Part shown: in pieces, positions 19,014 through 26,738 of the stretch
Position numbering within the stretch: the first letter of the stretch is position 1
How the letters are laid out: every line of letters begins with the position of its first letter
From: a phage
Strand: one strand, 5' to 3'
NCBI GenBank assembly: GCA_036252695.1
Contig: GCA_036252695.1_4122.1
DNA length: 64,000 bases
Translations under genes and position numbers: made by a program
Notes under the pieces: generated by a model
Seen by the model: the letters and a program-made list of their open reading frames with translations, nothing else
What the model was told of the DNA's origin: nothing
The model's database searches: none

Positions 19014-19709
19014 ATGGTTGAACAATTCATGTTTGGTGGTTATGCTAATGGCGAAGTACGTAACATTTCTATTCCTTACGTAGTTGAGAAAGTTAATGGT
19101 TCAGAACGTACATATGATCTAGCATCTCGTATGATGCAAGACCGTATCATTTTCCTTGATACTGATTTCAATGATCAAATGGCACATATCATCAAACAAC
19201 AATTGGTATGGTTAGACTCACAAGGTGATTCCCCTATTACATTCTACATTAGTTCACCGGGTGGTTCAGTACACGCAGGTTTGGGTATTGCAGATGTTGC
19301 TAAGTCTTGTATTTCGCCAATTCGCACTGTAGTAATGGGCTATGCAGCATCAATGGGTTGCTATACACAATCTGTTATTGGGACTAAAGGTTTCCGTTTA
19401 GGTGGTAAACGCTCATACTTCATGTGTCACCAAGTAAGTTCTGGTACACAAGGTCTAATTACAGACCAGAAGATTTCCCTACAACATTCTGATGCACTGA
19501 ATACATTGTTGACCAAAGAAATTGCAGAAGCTGTAGGTGTATCACATGAACAATTACTAAAAGATGCTGACCGCGATTTGTGGTTAAATGCAGAAGAAGC
19601 ACTTGAATATGGTGAACATGGTTTCATTGATGGTATTATTCTTGGTCCACGTAACGAAGAAGGCAAGTACTTAGTTAAGCGTCGCGGTGGTGTAGAAGAG
19701 TGGGTGTAA
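19014..19709 (+). CDS. clpP: ClpP-family serine protease
   Basis: SSPGG, GYAASMG (Ser), MCHQV (His) and DADRD (Asp) in ClpP order; colinear with bacterial ClpP. Confidence 0.85.
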   Translation: MVEQFMFGGYANGEVRNISIPYVVEKVNGSERTYDLASRMMQDRIIFLDTDFNDQMAHIIKQQLVWLDSQGDSPITFYISSPGGSVHAGLGIADVAKSCISPIRTVVMGYAASMGCYTQSVIGTKGFRLGGKRSYFMCHQVSSGTQGLITDQKISLQHSDALNTLLTKEIAEAVGVSHEQLLKDADRDLWLNAEEALEYGEHGFIDGIILGPRNEEGKYLVKRRGGVEEWV

Positions 19710-19757
19710 GATAGATTTTGATGCCTCAATATGGGGCATCATCTTTGTGGAGATTAT

Positions 19758-20048
19758 ATGAAAGTACTAGTACGTAATAATACGGAAGTAGCAAATGTAT
19801 TAGAAGATTCCGATTTTATTAATGTTGCGTTCGATCAAATTAGTGCAGTAGCACTTGAATTAAAAAATGTAGATGAATCTGAGCGTGTGCTGAATGGTTT
19901 TGCAATTGTACTTGAATTAATGAATGAAGTACTAATTAAAAAGAACATTAATCCAGTTGATGCGGTTCAACATGCAGAAGCTGTGCGTAAAGAACACGGT
20001 ACATTCTCTGACAAAAAATACATTCAAACTGATGAGGTAAAAGAATAA
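19758..20048 (+). CDS. hypothetical protein
   Basis: ATG at 19758 after GGAG; acidic ~96-aa product. Confidence 0.5.
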   Translation: MKVLVRNNTEVANVLEDSDFINVAFDQISAVALELKNVDESERVLNGFAIVLELMNEVLIKKNINPVDAVQHAEAVRKEHGTFSDKKYIQTDEVKE

Positions 20049-20049
20049 T

Positions 20050-20496
20050 ATGTCCAATGCACAATATAAAGATGGTTATGACGCATACAAAGCAAAAGTA
20101 GTTCTAAGTGCTGAACAGCTAAAAATGCAGCATCCATTATATCGTCAGGGCTATCGTGCAGCACAAGCAGAAGCAATGAAGAAAAATAATGTAACTTTCC
20201 CTACTACACTATATGATATTCCAAAACGTCCACACATTTTTAAAGCTGAATGGACTGATATTATGGCAGCGACAAAGCGTCCACGCTTTGCTAAATTACA
20301 CACCGATGAAGGTCGCTGGTTGCTAATGGGGATTATGAAAGCAGTTGAGAATCAATCTCATAAGATTGTTCGTTATAAAGATGTTGTTGCTATGGTTGAT
20401 AAAGCATTTGACCTTGTACTTCAATATGGTTATGATGAAGGTGTTCTAACTGTTTCTGATTGTGAAAAATATCAGTACACCCCATATCAAAAATAA
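20050..20496 (+). CDS. hypothetical protein
   Basis: 148-aa ORF. Confidence 0.5.
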   Translation: MSNAQYKDGYDAYKAKVVLSAEQLKMQHPLYRQGYRAAQAEAMKKNNVTFPTTLYDIPKRPHIFKAEWTDIMAATKRPRFAKLHTDEGRWLLMGIMKAVENQSHKIVRYKDVVAMVDKAFDLVLQYGYDEGVLTVSDCEKYQYTPYQK

Positions 20497-20506
20497 TATT
20501 GTGAAA

Positions 20507-20536
20507 AGGAATCCTATCATGGGATTCCTATTTTTA
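20507..20536 (+). terminator. rho-independent terminator
   Basis: Perfect 8-bp stem (aggaatcc / ggattcct) followed by a T-run. Confidence 0.55.
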
Positions 20537-20622
20537 TTGCTGTATATCAATTTTCCATTGATCATATTTTGATCTATATGAGCTAAATACCCAAGGAATC
20601 ATTGTTACTAGGGTAGGTGAAT

Positions 20623-21171
20623 ATGCAGCAATATAATTTAACTGAAGAACAAAGTGATATTTTTTACCATCATATGTTTTTAATTGATGAATTTGCTTTA
20701 AAAATTAATTCTGAAGCAATTGATATATTGAAGAAATGGTATAGTTGTTATAATAAAAACAAAAAGTGGTATTGGTTTAATAGAAATATAAAATCATTTC
20801 TAAAAACAATCACATACACTGATAGTATTGAGTTAATACATAGTTCTATTGGATATAGTTACTTAACTAAACACAACAGTACTATGATGTTATCAGGGTT
20901 TAAAGTTGAAAGAATTTCCAAGTTAACAGGTTTGTCATTAGAAACAATTCTATATGATATTGAGAAAATTTGGAAAACTATAGAATTAATGCATAAAAAT
21001 ATGTCATTCATATATAGAAATTATGATATATTCACTGATGTACGACAATATCATAATAAACCGTATGTATTGGATGAAAAGTACTATAATCATATGGAAG
21101 TTTGTTCTAAACTCGTTGATGATTGGAATCTAGAGGGACATAATGAAATACACACACCTAAGTATAGATGA
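20623..21171 (+). CDS. hypothetical protein
   Basis: ATG at 20623; ~182 aa. Confidence 0.5.
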   Translation: MQQYNLTEEQSDIFYHHMFLIDEFALKINSEAIDILKKWYSCYNKNKKWYWFNRNIKSFLKTITYTDSIELIHSSIGYSYLTKHNSTMMLSGFKVERISKLTGLSLETILYDIEKIWKTIELMHKNMSFIYRNYDIFTDVRQYHNKPYVLDEKYYNHMEVCSKLVDDWNLEGHNEIHTPKYR

Positions 21172-21667
21172 TACTAATATCTGGTTAGATAACATAATCA
21201 AGACATTAGAATTAATTAAACTTACATTACAAAAAACTACTGATATTGAAATTAATATTAAACAAGAAATATTAAACTATTATCATAGAAACAAATATAG
21301 CACGTTTATCTCTAAATTAATTTATGGATTATATGATATTGAAGATATTTGCATCGGTTACAGTACTGGTATTTGCTTCACAGTTAATGGTTTAAAAAAT
21401 GATTTAAATTTCAGACTTTCCGATGAAGAGCAAGATTTTCGTAGATTTTGTGATAATATTATGGATACAGATAAAATTACATTTGTTATTGAATTAAATC
21501 AAACGTGGTCTACATATGCAGATAAACCATTTGAAATTAATGAAACAGATGTGTTAAACTATATTCGAGTTATGAAAATTCATGATTTGTGTAAAAACGC
21601 ATTGTTAAGTATTGGAGCTTATAATGAAACATACGACTTGGTTGAAGATAGCAGAAGTAGTTGCTGA
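21143..21667 (+). CDS. hypothetical protein
   Basis: 174-aa ORF. Confidence 0.5.
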   Translation: MKYTHLSIDDTNIWLDNIIKTLELIKLTLQKTTDIEINIKQEILNYYHRNKYSTFISKLIYGLYDIEDICIGYSTGICFTVNGLKNDLNFRLSDEEQDFRRFCDNIMDTDKITFVIELNQTWSTYADKPFEINETDVLNYIRVMKIHDLCKNALLSIGAYNETYDLVEDSRSSC

Positions 21668-22103
21668 GGAAAGTAAATGTATTTCACAAAAAGTTGGTTG
21701 TGTTATTGTTAAAAATAACCGAGTATTGAGTACTGGATACAATGGTACTCCATCAAAACAACCAAATTGTTGTGATGTGAATCAACACTTAGTCAATGAT
21801 GGACGTTTTCAAGACTGGGTTAGTGATGAAGCAAAGCATGAACATCATGAGTGGAGTAATATTCATGAAATCCATGCTGAAATGAACGCTTTACTCTATA
21901 GTTCTCCTACTGAACGTCAAGGTGCTACTCTTTACACAACACTACAACCATGTTATACTTGTTCTAAGTTGATCGCAGGTAGTGGGATTTCACGTGTAAT
22001 TTATCTCAAAAATTATCCTCGTACACCACCAGAAGCTATTAAAGTACTGGAAGATGCTGGAATTATTGTTAATTGCATTTATGATAAGGGTCTTGATAAA
22101 TGA
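21624..22103 (+). CDS. cd: dCMP deaminase
   Basis: HAEMNA and PCYTCSK zinc-binding deaminase motifs; N-terminal ESKC; ATG at 21624 after GGAG. Confidence 0.8.
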   Translation: MKHTTWLKIAEVVAEESKCISQKVGCVIVKNNRVLSTGYNGTPSKQPNCCDVNQHLVNDGRFQDWVSDEAKHEHHEWSNIHEIHAEMNALLYSSPTERQGATLYTTLQPCYTCSKLIAGSGISRVIYLKNYPRTPPEAIKVLEDAGIIVNCIYDKGLDK

Positions 22104-22357
22104 CAGTAATAATTATTATTGCTTTTCTAATAACAGTGTTTTTTATTTTTATGTTATATATAGTTGCTATGGATGAACCTAATACTTCTTTTCGAAATTA
22201 TGAAGTTCGTTTTTCTGCACAAAATAATAAGTACTATATTGTAAACTGTATACACCGTAGTGAGAAAAGGGTAACAAGTAGATTTGGATTTACCATTTAT
22301 TATAAAGACCGAGTAGAAGCTGATATGATTTGTCAGAAGCTTAATACTGTAGAATAA
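22100..22357 (+). CDS. small membrane protein
   Basis: 85 aa with an N-terminal hydrophobic helix; ATGA overlap with cd. Confidence 0.5.
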   Translation: MTVIIIIAFLITVFFIFMLYIVAMDEPNTSFRNYEVRFSAQNNKYYIVNCIHRSEKRVTSRFGFTIYYKDRVEADMICQKLNTVE

Positions 22358-22384
22358 AAAAAGGAGCCGTATGGCTCCTTTTTT
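22356..22384. terminator. bidirectional rho-independent terminator
   Basis: Perfect palindrome aaaaaaggagcc-gtat-ggctcctttttt between convergent genes. Confidence 0.65.
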
Positions 22385-22385
22385 G

Positions 22386-22763
22386 TTAACCAGGGAGGTT
22401 ACAATAATACAAATCCCAAGGGTGATATTTCATCGCACCAGTACTCAATTTAATTTTATGAAACTGGAATGATTCGGCAAATGCACTATCGTCAATCTTA
22501 ATACAAAAAGTGTTTTTGGCTAGAGTTGGTGCAATTTCCAATGCTGTTTTAGATGCATCTAATCTAATTTTATCTTTATCATAACTAGTGATAGTTACAA
22601 AACGATAAACATTAAAATCAGTATCAATGAGATCGTAAACACAACTAGAACGTTGATTAAAGATGTTCAAGTTATATTTCAATTCACCGTTTATATTAGC
22701 TGCGGTTACACAAAACCCGCCGATATTGAATGGTAGTTTACCTTGTGCTGCGATAGCTTTCAT
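22386..22763 (-). CDS. hypothetical protein (only minus-strand gene in the window)
   Basis: 125-aa ORF on the opposite strand with AAGGAAA RBS (minus strand); bidirectional terminator on one side, AT-rich promoter region on the other. Confidence 0.55.
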   Translation of the reverse strand: MKAIAAQGKLPFNIGGFCVTAANINGELKYNLNIFNQRSSCVYDLIDTDFNVYRFVTITSYDKDKIRLDASKTALEIAPTLAKNTFCIKIDDSAFAESFQFHKIKLSTGAMKYHPWDLYYCNLPG

Positions 22764-22833
22764 ATTTTATTTCCTTTTTTAAATATAAGTATGAAATATA
22801 TTTGTTTTTTACATCAGATGCACCATGAACTAG

Positions 22834-22862
22834 TTGACAAAACATCAGTGGTATGATATGAT
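22834..22862 (+). promoter_or_regulatory. sigma70-like promoter (TTGACA-17-TATGAT)
   Basis: Consensus -35 with 17-nt spacer in the divergent intergenic region. Confidence 0.45.
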
Positions 22863-22924
22863 CTGTTATAAACTGTACACCTTAAGTTTTATTTTTAAAA
22901 ATTTGAGTTAAGTACAGAAAAAGT

Positions 22925-22953
22925 TTGACTTAAGTGTTTAAGTACTATATTAT
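22925..22953 (+). promoter_or_regulatory. second sigma70-like promoter (TTGACT-17-TATTAT)
   Basis: Tandem to the previous promoter, about 35 nt upstream of the protease gene. Confidence 0.4.
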
Positions 22954-22988
22954 TTATATCTTCCTAAACAAAATTGAGGACTTGTTAT

Positions 22989-23597
22989 ATGAAAAGACTA
23001 TGGCTTGAAGTGATACAAGCAGCGATGTTTCTATTGTTAATAAATTTTCCAGCCAGTGCTGGTATTGAAAGTAAAAATGTGATAAAGTATAATCCTGAAA
23101 CCCGAAATGTATATTTCATATCAGATATTACAGATGGGTCACTCAAGAGAATGATAGAGTTGTATGATAAAGAACACTATGATACCATCACAATTACATC
23201 TCCTGGTGGTGATTTTGATGCAGGTATTCGAATGGCAAACTTTGTTAGAGACAATGGGATAAATTTAATTGTTTCTAGGTATTGCAATTCAGCATGTACT
23301 GTGGTATTCTTTAGTGTATCTCCCGAAAAGCGATATATGACAAATCGCTCAGTACTGGGTCTTCATAACATTTCGATTAAAAGTAATGTTACTGATGGTG
23401 ATAATTCATTTGTGTCTGTAAGACAGCTATCAACTTTTACCGAAGAAATGGCAACAAAGGTAGGTTTCCTTTTTTCACTATATGCAGCAAATGGAATCCC
23501 ACCAGAAGTTCTATTTAGAGTTAGTCGTTCTCGTGGTGAAGATGTTGTAATATTAACAAAACCAGAACTGGTTTTTTACGGTTCAGTCAAACAATAA
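22989..23597 (+). CDS. ClpP-like (SPGG-motif) serine protease with a signal peptide
   Basis: ATG at 22989 after TGAGGA; hydrophobic N-terminus ending ASAG; ITSPGGDFDAG core and CNSAC / LGLHN at the positions of the ClpP Ser and His. Confidence 0.55.
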   Translation: MKRLWLEVIQAAMFLLLINFPASAGIESKNVIKYNPETRNVYFISDITDGSLKRMIELYDKEHYDTITITSPGGDFDAGIRMANFVRDNGINLIVSRYCNSACTVVFFSVSPEKRYMTNRSVLGLHNISIKSNVTDGDNSFVSVRQLSTFTEEMATKVGFLFSLYAANGIPPEVLFRVSRSRGEDVVILTKPELVFYGSVKQ

Positions 23598-23667
23598 AAA
23601 TAATTAAAATAACAGGATGATTATGATGTACTTCCTTTGTTATTAATTATATTGAGATTATATAACT

Positions 23668-23928
23668 ATGACAAACATCCAAAACTTGACATCTATTATT
23701 TTTTATGCTACTGTAGTAATGTATGCTACAGTTATTTTTCTAACAGTTTTCATTTACAAAGATTATCGTAATGGCTTTATTGATCCAACTACAATGAAGT
23801 TCAATTCAAAATTCGAAGCAATAATTTATTATGTACTATCAACTTCATACTTGGTGTGCCTAATGTTGTTAGGAGCACTAATTTATATCTTATACACAAC
23901 ATTATTTGCAATTGGAGCTATTTTATGA
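23668..23928 (+). CDS. small membrane protein
   Basis: 86 aa with several hydrophobic helices. Confidence 0.5.
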   Translation: MTNIQNLTSIIFYATVVMYATVIFLTVFIYKDYRNGFIDPTTMKFNSKFEAIIYYVLSTSYLVCLMLLGALIYILYTTLFAIGAIL

Positions 23929-24518
23929 CCTGTATTATTGCACACACTGACGGAGTAAGTTCTTTTATTGCTGGGGATAAGTTAGGAAGCAATGGATTTA
24001 CAAAAACTGTTCAAACTGAGCCAAAGGTATTCGAGAAAGAATTTATCAAGTTACATGATGATGGACTAACTAGAACTAAAGAAGTAATGGCATTGGGTTA
24101 TACTACATCATTTCGTATGGGTCAGTTGTTAAATTATAACCTTAATTTACCTGAACAAGATGCTAGTCAAACATTTTCACAATATTTGGTTCTTAAAGTT
24201 ATTCCAATCATTCGTCAAATGTTTAAAGAAGAATGGGGTGCACGAGATGCATCACAAGATGTAGGTGGTGGACAATTTATCATTCTCCACAATCATACAA
24301 TCTATGAAGTTCAAGAAGACTTTTCAGTACTACAACCTAAAACAAGAATTACCGCAGTAGGTAGTGGGACATATCATGCAATTGCAGCAATGCAAGCATA
24401 TATTGAAGTTGAGAACGAATCTAAAAAACCACTACACGAACGTATCAAATCAATTTTTAAAATTGTTAGTGATAATGTAACAAGCGTAAGCGAAGAGTTT
24501 GATGTTTTAAAATATTAA
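23925..24518 (+). CDS. HslV-like Ntn-hydrolase (proteasome beta-subunit fold) peptidase
   Basis: Internal ATG with ATGA overlap gives M-T-CIIAHTDGVSSFIAGD (Thr2 nucleophile, like HslV TTIVSV..VIAGDG); later ITAVGSGTYHAIAA resembles HslV IAIGSGGPYAQAA. Confidence 0.55.
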   Translation: MTCIIAHTDGVSSFIAGDKLGSNGFTKTVQTEPKVFEKEFIKLHDDGLTRTKEVMALGYTTSFRMGQLLNYNLNLPEQDASQTFSQYLVLKVIPIIRQMFKEEWGARDASQDVGGGQFIILHNHTIYEVQEDFSVLQPKTRITAVGSGTYHAIAAMQAYIEVENESKKPLHERIKSIFKIVSDNVTSVSEEFDVLKY

Positions 24519-24545
24519 AAGTACTAATATTATAAGAGAGAATAG

Positions 24546-24746
24546 ATGATGGCATACACAATTTATGAATGGGTTTTGAGTTTTTTTATAGTTTTTTCTA
24601 TTGTTGTAATTTATAACAATGCTAAATGCTTATATAGGGACTTGAAATCCAATGGTTATCACAAAGATAATAATTTTATGTATGCCTATCATATTGGAAT
24701 CATTCTGTTATTATCAATATATTTAATTGTTTTTTATAAGGATTGA
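24546..24746 (+). CDS. small membrane protein
   Basis: 66 aa with two hydrophobic helices. Confidence 0.45.
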   Translation: MMAYTIYEWVLSFFIVFSIVVIYNNAKCLYRDLKSNGYHKDNNFMYAYHIGIILLLSIYLIVFYKD

Positions 24747-24748
24747 AT

Positions 24749-25501
24749 ATGATATCAGAAAAATTTATAAGCAATGAAGGTAAAAAGCGATTACTGATTA
24801 TATCAGGTGCAGGACTTTCTGTTGAAAGTGGTATGGAACCTTTTCGATTTGATGATGGTTTGTGGGATACATTTAAAATTAATGATGTATGTAACATTGC
24901 TAGTTTAACTACAAAATATCATGTTGTTCATTCTTTCTATAATACATTACGTGTAAAATTGGGACAATGCGAACCAAATGCAATGCATTATTTTATAAAA
25001 TCGTTAGAAGATCAATATGGTGATTGCTTCCTTCATATGACTTCTAACATGGACGATCTTTATACTCGTATTGGTGGTCATGAGCTTAAACTTCATGGAA
25101 ACTTGTGTGAAGTTATTGAAAATTATAGTATCAATTCTGATGATTATAATGTTATTAACTGCGGATACGAACCATACATACCAAAACATGATGTTTTTGC
25201 TAAACCAAATGTAGTAATGATTGGAGAATATCATCGTTATGTTGATGGTATACGCTTACCAATTTACGAAGAACGAAATAATGTGTTGAAATCTCTTAAT
25301 GAAAATGATACAGTTATTGTAATTGGTAGTAGCGATACAGTACTGGTATGGTCGAGATTAGCAGCAGCATTACCATGTTATAGTGTTAATGTTAACATTC
25401 GTAAAAATGATAATGATTTTTTGTTTAATGAAAAAGTTATCAAGCCAGCAACCAAAGCAATACCACATCTAGAGACTATAATTAAGGAACGTATGAAATG
25501 A
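24749..25501 (+). CDS. Sir2-family NAD-dependent deacylase (CobB-type sirtuin)
   Basis: ISGAGLSVESGMEPFRFDDGLW NAD-binding motif; PNAMH..HMTSNMDDL (TQNID-like) and catalytic LHG colinear with E. coli CobB as recalled; ATG at 24749 after AAGGA. Confidence 0.75.
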   Translation: MISEKFISNEGKKRLLIISGAGLSVESGMEPFRFDDGLWDTFKINDVCNIASLTTKYHVVHSFYNTLRVKLGQCEPNAMHYFIKSLEDQYGDCFLHMTSNMDDLYTRIGGHELKLHGNLCEVIENYSINSDDYNVINCGYEPYIPKHDVFAKPNVVMIGEYHRYVDGIRLPIYEERNNVLKSLNENDTVIVIGSSDTVLVWSRLAAALPCYSVNVNIRKNDNDFLFNEKVIKPATKAIPHLETIIKERMK

Positions 25502-26049
25502 GTGTTAAAGAAGTTCCCTTTGGTGAATATGGCTCACGTGCAAATTTTGTATTTTGTTATTTCTTTGCAAGAAAATGTAACCCTTACAAAAACTATGAGT
25601 TGAATGATATACCAGAAGTAAATTTAGTTTTACTACAATTACGATGGGATGGTCTTCTTGGTGGATGTGGTGGAACCGTAGAAAGTACTGATATCTCACT
25701 AGAAGATGCGTTGCGTCGTGAAGTTCAAGAAGAAATGGATTACAATATTTTTGTTTCCCATCTTCGACCACTCAAAACTTTTGAAATTTACCCAGGTGCA
25801 AACAGTCACAGTTTTAGCTATGAAGTAACCTATGACGAGTTGAAACACATTAGAGATGGATACACTAATGCTAAACATGCAAGTGCAGAAGTTGCTGGTG
25901 TAAATTTATGTCATATTTCTCGTTATTCTAAGGGACAAAATCGAGAAGCGGGATATAATAATCTTATGACACAGAACTTCATCGGTACAGCAAGACAAGA
26001 ATTGGAGTATCTGGTTCAAAAAGAAAACTTACTAATTAGTTATCTATAG
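25498..26049 (+). CDS. Nudix-like hydrolase
   Basis: Nudix-box-like GGTVEST..LRREVQEEMDY segment (spacing slightly non-canonical); ATGA overlap with the sirtuin gene. Confidence 0.5.
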   Translation: MSVKEVPFGEYGSRANFVFCYFFARKCNPYKNYELNDIPEVNLVLLQLRWDGLLGGCGGTVESTDISLEDALRREVQEEMDYNIFVSHLRPLKTFEIYPGANSHSFSYEVTYDELKHIRDGYTNAKHASAEVAGVNLCHISRYSKGQNREAGYNNLMTQNFIGTARQELEYLVQKENLLISYL

Positions 26050-26058
26050 GAGTTTAAC

Positions 26059-26379
26059 ATGTCTTACGCAATGTTTTTGGATGATATTCGTGATGCAAAT
26101 CTATATTATCCAAACCAAGATATGGTGGTATGTCGTGACTTTAAAAGTGCATGTGAATATGTTATTGAAAATGGAATTCCAGCATTTGTATCATTCGACC
26201 ATGACTTGGGTGATGTGAGCGAAGACGAAAAGACTGGATATTCTTTTGCTAAGTTTCTTATTGATTATATGTTTGATAATAATATTAAAGAACCGTTTGA
26301 GTACTTTGTTCACAGTAGTAATCCTGTTGGTAAAATTAATATTGAAACATACTTAAACAATGGATTTAACGCATTATGA
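26059..26379 (+). CDS. hypothetical protein, possibly receiver-like fold
   Basis: 106 aa with LDDIRD, VSFDHDLG and VHSSNPVG in the order of receiver-domain acidic pocket / Asp / Ser-Thr positions; weak inference. Confidence 0.45.
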   Translation: MSYAMFLDDIRDANLYYPNQDMVVCRDFKSACEYVIENGIPAFVSFDHDLGDVSEDEKTGYSFAKFLIDYMFDNNIKEPFEYFVHSSNPVGKINIETYLNNGFNAL

Positions 26380-26678
26380 TTCAAACACACATCAAAAGTC
26401 TTATTTGTACTGTTCTGTTAGGTGCAGGAGTTCTTTGGTTCGGACAGTATCACGAGAACACTAAGCGTACCAACATTCACTACAATACCGCAGAAGTTGT
26501 TAGTTTAGGACAATGTAGCGAGTCCAAATGTTCATTCATGTATAAAACCCAAAGTGGTGAAGTACGTAATGGACTATCAAGAGAACCAGTTTCAATTGGT
26601 CAACTTGTTTACCAGGAGTGCTGGGAAGAAAAGGTTCGAGGTTCACGTTGCTATGTTGAATACGAACCAAATATGTAA
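26376..26678 (+). CDS. membrane-anchored hypothetical protein
   Basis: 100 aa with an N-terminal hydrophobic helix; stop-start overlap. Confidence 0.5.
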   Translation: MIQTHIKSLICTVLLGAGVLWFGQYHENTKRTNIHYNTAEVVSLGQCSESKCSFMYKTQSGEVRNGLSREPVSIGQLVYQECWEEKVRGSRCYVEYEPNM

Positions 26679-26738
26679 TAATCCGAGTCAATAACATTAG
26701 TCGAGTACAAGGATGTACTCATAACTCAAGGATGTTTT

